Virus record (IMG/VR): IMGVR_UViG_3300031853_000025
Location: 1 to 64,000 of that record
Reading direction: 5' to 3' (one strand)
From: a virus
Lineage: Duplodnaviria > Caudoviricetes
DNA length: 64,000 nt
Shown in pieces: positions 48,418-58,452 of this stretch. Each line of letters starts with the position of its first letter. The first letter of the stretch is position 1. Under the pieces are notes generated by a model. The model saw only the letters and a list, made by a program, of their open reading frames with translations, was not told where the DNA came from and searched no databases. The position numbers and the translations under genes are program-made.

Positions 48418-48936
48418 TTAATCTGCGAATAATTGTTTATAAATATTTCTACGATATTTGACTTTGGTATCAGGGTCTTCCATTAGTAAAGAAGATTTAA
48501 TGATTCTAAATTGCTTTCTAAATTTAATAGGGAATTTAGCATCCCCTGTAAGATCACTTACAATCTCTGTAAGATTAAGATATTTGGCTTTTGTATAGAA
48601 CGCTTTATATATTTCTTCCCCACCAATAACAAAAATCTTTCTTCTAGACTGAAAGACTCTGCAATATAAGATAGCCTCGTCTACACTATGAACTACCATG
48701 GCTCCTTTGACTTTATAGTCCTTATTATGAGTCAAAATTACATTCACTCTATCAGGTAATAGATGTCCAATAGACTCATATGTTTTTCTACCCATAATAA
48801 CTATATTATTTGTAGTCAGTTCCTTAAAGTTTTTCATATCTTCTGGTATATGATAAAGAAGCTTACCATCTTTACTAATAGAACCATCTTTAGTTATTGC
48901 TGCTAATAATGTAATATTTTTGCTATGGTCTATCAT
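48418..48936 (-). CDS. folA: Dihydrofolate reductase
   Basis: IPEDMKNFKELT, VIMGRKTYESIG..LPDRVNVILT, FVIGGEEIY, GDAKFP. Confidence 0.95.
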   Translation of the reverse strand: MIDHSKNITLLAAITKDGSISKDGKLLYHIPEDMKNFKELTTNNIVIMGRKTYESIGHLLPDRVNVILTHNKDYKVKGAMVVHSVDEAILYCRVFQSRRKIFVIGGEEIYKAFYTKAKYLNLTEIVSDLTGDAKFPIKFRKQFRIIKSSLLMEDPDTKVKYRRNIYKQLFAD

Positions 48937-48949
48937 TATTATCCCCTTC

Positions 48950-49459
48950 TTAAAGATAAGTTATTACGGTAAGATTAGTCTCTAAAGATTTTTTCACATC
49001 AATAATTCTTTGATTAGGCGAACCGCGTAATGGTAGTGTGATATCTCTATATGCTATTTGAAATTCCCCATCAATAAGAATATCAATTAATTTAAGTACT
49101 TTAAGTATTTTATTATTCTTTTTTAATTCTTCAAATAAACCACCAGTCCAAATGAATATTCTAATTTTAGGATAAACTTCTTTAACTTTCTTTACTAGAG
49201 GTAGTACAATACCTATATTTTCTTCACATAATGGTTCTCCACCTAGAATAGATAAATCTCTATGAATACCATTTTTATTAATTAATTTAATAATTCTATC
49301 AATATAATCTTCAGGTAAATCATATCCACCATTAAAATTCCATGTTTGTGGATTATGACATCCATCACAATGATGCGGGCAACCTTGAACCCAGAAGCTT
49401 ACAGCAATTCCATGATCTATATCTACTGTATCATTTGTAATCAAACCAGAATATTTCAA
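48950..49459 (-). CDS. nrdG: Anaerobic ribonucleotide reductase activating enzyme
   Basis: QGCPHHCDGCHNPQTW, ILGGEP, RGSPNQR. TTG start at 49459 behind AGGTG. Confidence 0.95.
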   Translation of the reverse strand: MKYSGLITNDTVDIDHGIAVSFWVQGCPHHCDGCHNPQTWNFNGGYDLPEDYIDRIIKLINKNGIHRDLSILGGEPLCEENIGIVLPLVKKVKEVYPKIRIFIWTGGLFEELKKNNKILKVLKLIDILIDGEFQIAYRDITLPLRGSPNQRIIDVKKSLETNLTVITYL

Positions 49460-49492
49460 GATACACACCTGCCTTCTATTAAAACAAAAATA

Positions 49493-49525
49493 AACCACCT
49501 CTATAGAATTTCTATAGAGGTGGTT
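49493..49525. terminator. Terminator hairpin
   Basis: 16-bp inverted repeat AACCACCTCTATAGAA/TTCTATAGAGGTGGTT. Confidence 0.75.
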
Positions 49526-49537
49526 ATCTTATTTAAA

Positions 49538-52500
49538 TTAGAATTTTTCTTCTGAATTATCTACATGAAGAACGCGTTCTTTAATTTCTTCCGTTCTTCC
49601 TTGATTCCAGAAGTTTGTTCCTATATAGCCGCATGTTCTGCGACTAACGTTTAATTTAGTCTTATCAGTATTTCCACAATTCGGGCATTGCCAATATAAG
49701 TGGCCTTCTTCGCCTTTAATTTCAATTTCTCCAGTGTATCCGCATACTTGGCAATAATCATGCTTAGAATTTAATTCAGCATACATGTTTGTATTATAAA
49801 TAAATTTGATAATAGTCATTACGGCATCAATATTATTACTAAGATCAGGGCATTCTCCGTAGGAGATGTTTCCACCTGGTGATAGTTTTTGAAATTCAGA
49901 TTCTAATTTTAATTTTGAGAAAATATCAATGTTTTCTCGCACATTAACCATACTCACTTAAGAGTATCAGACTATATCATCATCTCATAAGCTGTTATGA
50001 GACGCCATGCGCTTCCACTATACCATTTCAGATATAATGTACTCTACTCGGTTACTCACCCAGACTACGCTCTGAGCTACCCTTTCGATAGTCGTTACAC
50101 TTTTCTAACAAAAGTCTACCATAATAAACACTCCTGTTAGACTTAGCACGGAGTTATTGCACATATGTACAGTTTTCTCCGTTAACATTACAATCTATAC
50201 TTATGTAATAGCATAAATTGTAACATACCCCACAAATATGGGTTCACATGGTTATTCGTAATATCTCACGATATTAAGCCACATTTTTTTAGTCTATGGT
50301 ATGAATTAGTGATGTAATCTTTATCAGTTACGTCTTTAATAATGCCAAATCGTTTCTTTAGACATTTTGCAAATTTATAAGTTGTTGATTCGATAGGAGA
50401 TCCGTATAAGCTATATCCAATATCTTCTTCGGCTCTCCATTTGGCACATTTGTCATTCATATATTGCATGACTTTAAGACCAAATTCTTTACCATTAGTC
50501 TGTGTATGAGATTCACCAGTCATGTATTTTACACATTCATACAAACCAGCGTAACCTAAAGAAATAGTAGAATAATTATGCTTCAATAATTCATTAATAG
50601 TTTCTCCTTTCTTTAGACGGGCGTATGCACCATTTTGCCAAAGAATTGGAGCAATATCAGATTTTGTACCTAGCAATCTATTATGTCTACATTTTAATGC
50701 TTTATGGCACAATTCAAGTCTTTCATCAAAGATCTTCCAGAATTTATCAAAGTCTTTATGAGAAGACAATGCTACATCTGGTAAATTAATAGTTACGACG
50801 CCTTGGTTAAAGCGTCCATAATATTTATGGCCTTTATATTTTTCCCAATTTAATGCTTTAGCATAATTTTCTGTACAGGTATCATTAGTTAAGAATGAAC
50901 GACACCCCATACATGTCAGTTCATCTCCATTTTTTAATTCTCTTTGTACTTTATTGGAAATATAATCTGGAACCATTCTCTTAGCTGAACATTCAGCTGC
51001 AAGTCTGGTTAATTGATAATACTTAGAATCTTCATTAATATTGCATTCATCAAGGGCATAGATGATCTTTGGGAACGCCACTGTAATGTATACACCATTA
51101 GCATTCTTTACCCCTTGAATACGTTGTTTTAAAACTTCTTCAGCTACTAAAGCTAAATCTTGGCGTTCTTTTCCTTCAGGCACTTCATTTAAATTAATAT
51201 AAACAGTTACAAATGGAGCTTGGCCGTTCGTTGTCATTAGGGTTATGATCTGGTATTGTAAAGTCTGTACACCGGCTTCAATATCACGTTTAACTAACTC
51301 TTCGATCTGCTCATCTGTAAATGTTTTATATCTCTTTTTAAAAGTATCTCTTGTTGTTTGGACAAAAGGAGATAAATGTGCCAAACTAACAGATTGTCCC
51401 ACCCTAGAATAATTTTGTGTTTTATTCTAAGCCAGACTATTTCTTATTGACATGGGTATATGTCAATCGATACGTTTCAACTGTAATCTCTTACAGCTTA
51501 CATATATAGTCGTTACAATGTGTTATTTTTTAACAATTTTAATTTCATATTTAGACGGAGTTTCTAAGTATCTTCTAGTTTGAGTTTCTGATTTACAGAT
51601 AAATCTAGCAAATGCAGCAACTGTTTTAAACTCATATTTATTTTTATAAATAATTTTTTCAAACGGTGCTTTATTATTTCTAACTACAGATTTATTCAAA
51701 AAATAATAAGCATGTTTATTGTTTTCACTCTGAGATACCCATTCAAGATTACTTGCTAAATTACAAGTCTTATCACCATTCTTATGGTTAATTGTATTAT
51801 TAATTTCTGAATACCCTGGAACAAATGCAAATCCAACGAGTCTTGCAATAGAAAGATTTGCAGATTTAATTCCATTAAATAATTTGATATACATATAGCC
51901 ACTTAAAATATTTTTAGAAGGTTTTAATAAATAATATGCTCCATATCTTTGAGCATAATTTCTTACTCTACCATAATTAGAAACTTGGTAATTTGGATAT
52001 CCTAGTATCGGTTTCCACTCTTCATCGGAAATTTTTTCATAAGAATAATTTCTAGATGAATTATTCATTATATTTTGTTTACGTTCTTCTGCTTTATTAG
52101 AAGCTCTCTGATCATGAAGAATTCTTTCTCTATTAATATCGTCGTCTACTGTACAAAAGGTTCTAAATTTACCTCTATCAATTCCTAAATCTTTACATAA
52201 TTTAGTAATTGGTTCATCTTTACGTAATAACGAAATAATTTGATTCTTTTTCTTATTAAGAATTTTTTGATTGGAAGGAGTTAAATGCTTTAAATTAGCC
52301 TTTTCAAATCCCCATTCTCTAATTAGAGTAGTAATAGTTTTTCTATCTATTTTAAGGAGTCGTTCTATATAACTAAAACTTCTACCCTCTTTTTCGTATA
52401 AAATTTGAATAGTATCTTTTAATAAAATCGCTTTATCTCTATTATTCATTTAGGCGTTCCACCTTTCAAAAATAACACATCACGAGATTAGAAATTCCAT

Positions 52501-53692
52501 CCTACCTCGTTAGCCACGAAATTAAATTTCGTAACCCATCGTTTTTCTTCGATGTTAGTATCGTTTTACTACGGCAGATTAGAAACCGTACTGCGAAGAC
52601 GCAACTTGAGCGATTACTTGTGTTGCAATATTGCAAGCTGTAGAAAATCTATGAGGTTTTTCAATAAGCACATCAGAAATTACTGTACCATTTTGAAGCA
52701 TGTCTTCTAGATTGACAAGCCCACAATTATTAATTCTTTCAATGAAATAATCAATATCCAACATAGCAGTTTAACTATGTCTGACTATATCACATTCTGA
52801 AATAACTATTACCGCTACTTCAGAACCCAGGAACTTAGGTGATGAATTAAAAATTCACCTTGTAGTCTTGATACTACTCCTACTCTACTCACTTCGTGTA
52901 GAAACTCTACCTTATTTTCAACTCAGCCTATGCCTCTGACTAATTATGAGGACTTATTATTTATACATTTCTGTAAATGCTGTGTTTCTAGTTTTCGATA
53001 GTCGATTGACCTTGATTTGTATTTATATATCAGCGACAAATACAAATCCTTGGCACAGGATTATGCGACCAGTATTAGTAGTCACCCTTCCCTGTTAGCA
53101 GAATGTCTAATCACCATTTACTGTGATTCCTAAATCGTTCATTCTACACCCCATATTCTATGGGTTCACCTGGTTTTCTTAAACAGTCACCTGCTTAAGC
53201 CACAATATTTTTATGGAAATGAATAATACCAGCTTTATGTGCTTCTACTACATCTTTAGGTAATAGATTTCTCATAGACTGATCAGTAGAAACGGCACCG
53301 GCAATATAATCTCTTTGTGTTGTAGCTAATGCAGAATTCTTGTTAGAATTTTCATTACTCCAATAATCATTCCTATCTTCAACAATTTCATTGACTACAT
53401 CATCAATCGTAGATTTGCGTGCATCTGTACGTTTCTGACGATAACGAATATAATCTCTTGCAGTCTCTTTATACTTGCTATGAAGAAGTCTATCTTCTAC
53501 ATAATCTTGTACTTCTTCAACTGTCATTTTATCTTCTTTAGTTTCATCTAAAATATCTTTAGCTACAGTATTGGTAAAGCTAACAAAATCATCTGTTAAT
53601 TTATACACATCAGTTCTGGCTTTAGTCATAGCATTTACAATCTTTTCAGCATTAAAATCAACTACTCTTCCGTCTCGTTTAATAATTTTCAT
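49538..53692 (-). CDS. nrdD: Class III ribonucleotide reductase in 4 exons (53692-53213, 52758-52585, 51399-50296, 49948-49538; spliced product 722 aa)
   Basis: ATP cone; junctions restore IIHFH|DIDY, QYG|GQS and NSYH|VNV; glycyl radical motif RRTCGYIG; Zn finger CQVC/CPNC. Confidence 0.95.
49949..50295 (-). mobile_element. Group I intron 3 of nrdD (347 nt, no ORF)
   Basis: 5' exon ends CCAU pairing with IGS GUGG; R GTAACGACTATC; S GATATAGTCT; terminal G. Confidence 0.9.
51400..52584 (-). mobile_element. Group I intron 2 of nrdD (1185 nt) carrying an HNH homing endonuclease
   Basis: Exon UACGGU pairs with IGS GCCGUA; R GTAACGACTATA; S AAGAAATAGTCT; terminal G; a 13-bp stem brackets the ORF. 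Confidence 0.9.
51523..52449 (-). CDS. Intron-encoded NUMOD4-HNH homing endonuclease (I-HmuI-like) with an N-terminal HTH-like extension
   Basis: EEWKPILGYPNYQVSNYGRVR; INHKNGDKTCNLASNLEWVSQSENNKHA. Confidence 0.9.
   Translation of the reverse strand: MNNRDKAILLKDTIQILYEKEGRSFSYIERLLKIDRKTITTLIREWGFEKANLKHLTPSNQKILNKKKNQIISLLRKDEPITKLCKDLGIDRGKFRTFCTVDDDINRERILHDQRASNKAEERKQNIMNNSSRNYSYEKISDEEWKPILGYPNYQVSNYGRVRNYAQRYGAYYLLKPSKNILSGYMYIKLFNGIKSANLSIARLVGFAFVPGYSEINNTINHKNGDKTCNLASNLEWVSQSENNKHAYYFLNKSVVRNNKAPFEKIIYKNKYEFKTVAAFARFICKSETQTRRYLETPSKYEIKIVKK
52759..53212 (-). mobile_element. Group I intron 1 of nrdD (454 nt, no ORF)
   Basis: Exon CCAU pairs with IGS GUGG; P10 AAUAUU/GAUAUU; R CAATCGACTATC; S GATATAGTCAG; terminal G. 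Confidence 0.9.
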
Positions 53693-53727
53693 ATAACCAT
53701 CCTTTCTATAATAAAAATATAAAAAAA

Positions 53728-53758
53728 TTGAGTAAAGATTTCATTAGTCTTTACTCAA
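53728..53758. terminator. Terminator hairpin downstream of thyA
   Basis: TTGAGTAAAGA/TCTTTACTCAA followed by a U-run on the minus strand. Confidence 0.75.
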
Positions 53759-53821
53759 ATTTTTATTAGTAATTAAATGTCTATTATAAAATTTAGATTT
53801 TCATCTTTGACCTATTATCGG

Positions 53822-54619
53822 TTAAACTGCAACTTTCATCTTTAAGACTCCTAAATCGTTATAACCATTTAGACAAATATCATCAATAGTAAACTTATAG
53901 AAGTCTTTAACCTCTGGATTGATTTCTAATTTTGGAGCAGCAATCTTAGTTGCAACATCCATTCTTTCAATCTGCTCTTTAATCATTGGTATATGATTTT
54001 CATAAATATGAGCATTATTAATTACATGAGTAAATAAACCAGGTTTTAAATTAGTTACTTGAGCAATCAAGTATACCAGAGTAGCGTATTGCGTTAGATT
54101 AAAGCAGATCCCAATGCCCCAGTCCCCGCTGCGCTGGCTCAAAATACAGTTTAGATAGCCATCGGTTACATCCCACATGGTTTCAAAAGCACATGGCTGC
54201 AATGCCATATCAGGTAAGTCTTCATTATTCCATAATGTAACAATCATACGCCTAGACTGATTGTCATTCTTAAGAGTATCGATAAGATTATCTAATTGAT
54301 GATACTTTTTGATTTGATAGCCATACGCTTTACCAATTGTACCATCTTCTCTCATCCATTCATCCCAAACATGACAACCCATTTTCTGTAGTTCTCTTAC
54401 GTCATTTGACTGTTTTTGCCAAATCCATAAGAGTTCTTTAATTGCTGTTTTAAATGCTACATGCTTACTAGATAGAATTGGAAATTCTTTTCTTAAATCA
54501 AACTGCATAATCTGATGAGGTAGTTTGTAAGTCGGAATTCCTGTTCTGTTATTGCTATAATATCCATGATCTAAGATATTCTTAGCAATTGTTAAATATT
54601 GTACATCTGCATTTGCCAT
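53822..54619 (-). CDS. thyA: Thymidylate synthase
   Basis: [19 protein letters not shown]-like [22 protein letters not shown] (dUMP-specific Asn), HIYENH. Confidence 0.96.
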   Translation of the reverse strand: MANADVQYLTIAKNILDHGYYSNNRTGIPTYKLPHQIMQFDLRKEFPILSSKHVAFKTAIKELLWIWQKQSNDVRELQKMGCHVWDEWMREDGTIGKAYGYQIKKYHQLDNLIDTLKNDNQSRRMIVTLWNNEDLPDMALQPCAFETMWDVTDGYLNCILSQRSGDWGIGICFNLTQYATLVYLIAQVTNLKPGLFTHVINNAHIYENHIPMIKEQIERMDVATKIAAPKLEINPEVKDFYKFTIDDICLNGYNDLGVLKMKVAV

Positions 54620-54674
54620 AATTTAACCTCCTTAAAATAATTATTTAAATGTGCCGTAAATAATCAAATATAAT

Positions 54675-54701
54675 CCCAGTAGAGTCAATGACTCTACTGG
54701 G
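54675..54701. terminator. Terminator hairpin
   Basis: CCCAGTAGAGTCA/TGACTCTACTGGG. Confidence 0.8.
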
Positions 54702-54710
54702 TATAGTTTA

Positions 54711-55244
54711 TTAAATACTAAATTCGTTTAAACCAATCTCTTTAATTACATCTTCAAATGGTTTATTTAAATATTCAGCAATAGTCTTCTGCTCTGTGTA
54801 ATTCTTCTCTTTAAGATAAGACTCAATATCCTTATTGGTAGTTGTTAGATAATCTAGAATCTTCTTGCTAATAGTAGAAATTTCATCATCTGTATTAGCA
54901 TAACGTAATGGTTCATCAATATCGAGAAAAGCTTTTTTCCGTACAATTTTATTCATATACTTTTCTCTTTGTAATTTGATATTATAATAGATTGTGTAAT
55001 AAATCTCATCAGGTGTCATGTAATTCTCTTCCTGAGAAACACTCGTCGGAGATTTTAAAACAAAATTACCTGATTCATCTACACCCTGGATGTAACCGAC
55101 TTCAACGTTTGGCATATTTGTAACATCGATCCAAACCGTCTTTGGGTCGAAGTAATTCGATAGTTCATCCATTGCTAATGGTGTTTCATAAATATAAATT
55201 ACTTTTTGCTTATATAATTGAGCAAATTTATTTAGTTTAGCCAT
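54711..55244 (-). CDS. Hypothetical protein, possibly tail-fibre-assembly-like
   Basis: 177 aa ORF; the WIDVT..PNVEVGY pattern resembles fibre chaperones (weak). Confidence 0.5.
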   Translation of the reverse strand: MAKLNKFAQLYKQKVIYIYETPLAMDELSNYFDPKTVWIDVTNMPNVEVGYIQGVDESGNFVLKSPTSVSQEENYMTPDEIYYTIYYNIKLQREKYMNKIVRKKAFLDIDEPLRYANTDDEISTISKKILDYLTTTNKDIESYLKEKNYTEQKTIAEYLNKPFEDVIKEIGLNEFSI

Positions 55245-55252
55245 TATTTATT

Positions 55253-56140
55253 TCACCTCTCTTTATCTTGTAGTTCACTTTCTTCGACAATTTCGTCGAC
55301 ATCGTCATCGAGATCTTGTATATTTGCAAATATACTATTCTTAGTGGATTCTTCTTTCATTTTCGAAAGATAATGGATATTCTCTATATCACTAAGATAG
55401 TCAAACTTAAAAGTTGGTTTATAACGTGGATTTGTTATAGCCTCATAAGTTATAGTATATTGCAAATTCAAAGTCTCTTCCGTCTCATTATCTATTGTAT
55501 AATTCTCTAATATCTTTTTTATACTATCAAAGTCTACTTTATTTAATTTTTCATGTCTCGCCTGCACCGAGAATAAATACTCAGGAAGATTGTCATCTTT
55601 TCCAGAGTAGTTCTTATAATCGTAATATATCTTATGAATATCCGGGATATTGTGCAAGGCAATATTATCCGTGATAATCTTTGTCTCTATGCAATTAATG
55701 CTGCATAGATCTTCCGTTAGCATATTAAGAACCTTGACTGGTTCTGCATAATCTATATCTTCCGTTAACCGATGGTATTGATCTAAAGCAAATACCATTG
55801 AAGATACTCCGTCTATCATGTAATATCTATTAATAAAATATACCATCTCCATTATGGATATTTTATATATAGATTGATAATGTGTAAACTTATCAAGATA
55901 AAACGTGAGTTCTTTATAAATATCGGTTTCGTTAGGCTGTATATAGATTAATAAATAATACTGCTTTAAATACTCTCTAAGTATATCCGATATATATAAG
56001 TTGTCTCTGCAATTTTCTAAATATTGTATCGGTACGGCTGGTCTACATAGAATATTTAGATTTAGTGCATTATATTCTTTAAATTCTTTTGTAGGGTCTT
56101 CTTGCCGTTTTTTAAATAATTTATTTAAAAATTTAAGCAT
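55253..56140 (-). CDS. Hypothetical protein
   Basis: 295 aa ORF with an SD. Confidence 0.65.
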   Translation of the reverse strand: MLKFLNKLFKKRQEDPTKEFKEYNALNLNILCRPAVPIQYLENCRDNLYISDILREYLKQYYLLIYIQPNETDIYKELTFYLDKFTHYQSIYKISIMEMVYFINRYYMIDGVSSMVFALDQYHRLTEDIDYAEPVKVLNMLTEDLCSINCIETKIITDNIALHNIPDIHKIYYDYKNYSGKDDNLPEYLFSVQARHEKLNKVDFDSIKKILENYTIDNETEETLNLQYTITYEAITNPRYKPTFKFDYLSDIENIHYLSKMKEESTKNSIFANIQDLDDDVDEIVEESELQDKER

Positions 56141-56167
56141 ATTATCTACACTCCCATATAAAAAATA

Positions 56168-56195
56168 AACCGAGACGATAACTATCGTCTCGGTT
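56168..56195. terminator. Terminator hairpin
   Basis: AACCGAGACGATA/TATCGTCTCGGTT. Confidence 0.8.
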
Positions 56196-56199
56196 ATAA

Positions 56200-56631
56200 T
56201 TATACAATAATTTCTTCACAATACCCATCATTTGTCGTATAATAAATATGACGGATTCCCATAGCCTTAATTTGTGCCATACACGCATTACACGGACGAC
56301 TCATAGCTACTTTATGGGTTTTCTTTGTCTCTCTATACACATACAATTTAGCTTTGCTTAAATCATAATCAAAATAACGGATTTTAAGAAGACAAGCCAT
56401 TTCCGCATGTAATGTATTTTTACACATTTCGGACGGCTCATCTTCAAATCTCAATTTGTTTAATCTTTTTTGCAATGGATGTGATTTATTATTATTAGCG
56501 GAAACAAAAATGTTATCATTACTAATAACCAATACAGCTCCAATATGAGCACTTTTAACATTGCTTGTTTTACTAACTTCTTTCGCAATATTAAAGTATT
56601 TCATATCTCTATGAGTAATCAATACAATCAA
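56200..56631 (-). CDS. Zn-dependent cytidine/dCMP deaminase family protein
   Basis: HAE...SRPCNAC motif. Confidence 0.85.
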   Translation of the reverse strand: MIVLITHRDMKYFNIAKEVSKTSNVKSAHIGAVLVISNDNIFVSANNNKSHPLQKRLNKLRFEDEPSEMCKNTLHAEMACLLKIRYFDYDLSKAKLYVYRETKKTHKVAMSRPCNACMAQIKAMGIRHIYYTTNDGYCEEIIV

Positions 56632-57389
56632 CCTTCTTTAAGAAAATGTGCCAAGTTACTATCAAAGATTTGCCTAATCATATTAAAGATTTGATCTTCT
56701 GTTTTACAACTCTTATCAATATTATCAAGCTCAATGTCATATTGCCTAAAATCGGTTGCTCCATAACTAAACGGAAACTCTTTAAGAAAATTATTTACCT
56801 TATCTAAATAAGTATACTTGTCTTCATTAATTTCGTCATTATGTGATTTATCCACTACTCTACGTTGCTCAATAATGGTCTTACTATCAATGATATTATG
56901 AATCATCTTATAAATAAGATTTGCTTTCGGTAATTTAAATTCTTTTTCATTTAATTCATATATTTCTCTTTCAAAGTCTTTATAAAGATTTTCATATGAA
57001 TAAATATTAAACTTTGCTTCTTTATTGCCTGTCTTTAATGCATATGATGCACCCTGGTAATAAATATTACTATACCAAAATCTATCAAATATCATAATGT
57101 AATTCTTATCATAATATTCTTTAAGCTGCTTATAATATACATCATACATATCAAGCATAAATAATGTACTTACCATCTTCGGAGATAACGGTTGTTTATT
57201 AATATTCCCCTTAAAATACTCTCTCAATAAATAACTCGAATCTCCATCATAATTCGGAAAGCTTACTACAATTACATTACTCGTATATGTATCTTCAATA
57301 TAGTCTTGCAACTTACAAGCATTCGTATACTTAAAAGTACCATCTATACCCTCAAAGTCAATAATAAATGGTTTACTAAGTTTAAACAT
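56628..57389 (-). CDS. tmk: Thymidylate (dNMP) kinase-like protein
   Basis: FEGIDGTFKYT (variant P-loop), FDRFWYSNIYYQG. Confidence 0.8.
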   Translation of the reverse strand: MFKLSKPFIIDFEGIDGTFKYTNACKLQDYIEDTYTSNVIVVSFPNYDGDSSYLLREYFKGNINKQPLSPKMVSTLFMLDMYDVYYKQLKEYYDKNYIMIFDRFWYSNIYYQGASYALKTGNKEAKFNIYSYENLYKDFEREIYELNEKEFKLPKANLIYKMIHNIIDSKTIIEQRRVVDKSHNDEINEDKYTYLDKVNNFLKEFPFSYGATDFRQYDIELDNIDKSCKTEDQIFNMIRQIFDSNLAHFLKEG

Positions 57390-57435
57390 GCCTCATCATA
57401 TCCTCTCTCTATTAAATAATACTATTATATTTATT

Positions 57436-57759
57436 TCAATTATTTTTATTAATAAAATAAAATTCATTATTGTCTTTGTCTAATACAATATCCTTCAAAT
57501 CTAATAGCTTATTTATCTTATCTGAATCTTCGAAGTTCTTTAAGTAATATTTTTTATTGTTAATATATATAAACAATCTTGTCTCTCTATATATCTTAAC
57601 AATATCTTTATCTGGTTTAAACTCTACTATATTGAATCTTTGTCTTTTCTTATTGCTTCTTAAATAATCTACTATTACACATAATGCAGTTAATGATATT
57701 ATAAGAACAATATTATTTCTAAAAGTCTCTTGTATATATACTATTATAGAATCAATCAT
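57436..57759 (-). CDS. Small membrane protein, hypothetical
   Basis: N-terminal hydrophobic helix, SD AAGGAG. Confidence 0.6.
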   Translation of the reverse strand: MIDSIIVYIQETFRNNIVLIISLTALCVIVDYLRSNKKRQRFNIVEFKPDKDIVKIYRETRLFIYINNKKYYLKNFEDSDKINKLLDLKDIVLDKDNNEFYFINKNN

Positions 57760-58049
57760 TTTCTTATCCTAATCTCCTTTGCTAGATTAATATTAAACAG
57801 AAACAATTTTCTCTATATTATATAGAATCAATCATTATCTGCTTATTTAAGCTTTTAATTATTGTTTTTACTTATCTCAATTTCTATGGTTAATTGGTCA
57901 TTTTTAATTAACACTACTTGGCAAGTTAGTTACTTCTAGACTTTACTCTGTAGTAAATGATTAAACGTTAATTTTATACATATTTTTTATTTTTTGTTTT
58001 TGGTTTGTTCATTGACTTTGTTTTAGTTTCTTTTACTCTTGTTTGTTTG

Positions 58050-58335
58050 CCCAGCCTCATTCATCGGGGAAACTACGTTTCCCCAGGCCATTGAGGTGTG
58101 GCCTTCCCCTTCCTTACCCCATCCTAACACTCTAACCCCCCTACCCCCCTTCCTCTCTTCCCTTCCCCAAGCGGACAAAATGCCCCTAGGAACGCGGCCT
58201 GACGTTCCTAAAGACTCCGATTGGTTCTTTCTGGGAAGTTACGCCTCCCTACGCTCACTCGGGAGTGCGATTTAATGGTTCTCAGCTACTACTGACCCAG
58301 GCTCTCCACCTGTTTGGTATGGCCAATAATAGGCG
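58050..58335. other. GC-rich, multi-hairpin non-coding island with a polypyrimidine/polypurine tract
   Basis: Stems 58066-58084, 58085-58104, 58187-58210 and 58245-58265; C/T-rich tract 58103-58168. Confidence 0.6.
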
Positions 58336-58411
58336 CGTATAACTGTGCCAGCTATACTATTTTACTTCATAGTTGTATACGTAATATTTTATTAATTTTT
58401 TACAAAAAATA

Positions 58412-58439
58412 TACAGGCTGAAAATTAATTCAGCCTGTA
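58412..58439. terminator. Terminator hairpin
   Basis: TACAGGCTGAA/TTCAGCCTGTA. Confidence 0.8.
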
Positions 58440-58452
58440 ATAAGAATTCAGT

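Noticed and set aside
49538-53692. nrdD fragments as pseudogene, inteins or stop-codon recoding
   Set aside because: Interruptions contain stops and group I RNA hallmarks, and splicing restores the frame exactly. Other long genes are intact under the standard code.
53770-53781. GACA-N6-TA as the nrdD promoter
   Set aside because: Non-consensus first base, and it is immediately followed by a hairpin plus U-run (53728-53758) that would terminate the transcript. An attenuator cannot be excluded but is unsupported.
53822-54619. thyA as a dCMP hydroxymethylase or base-modification enzyme working with the rSAM cluster
   Set aside because: It keeps the dUMP-specifying Asn in the QRSGD..IG..FN motif. 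The rSAM genes sit with Cys-repeat proteins in a structural operon, not with nucleotide genes.
58039-58275. 78 aa plus-strand ORF in the track
   Set aside because: TTG start without an SD; the Pro/Leu/Ser-rich translation simply reflects the C/T tract. Better explained as non-coding structure.
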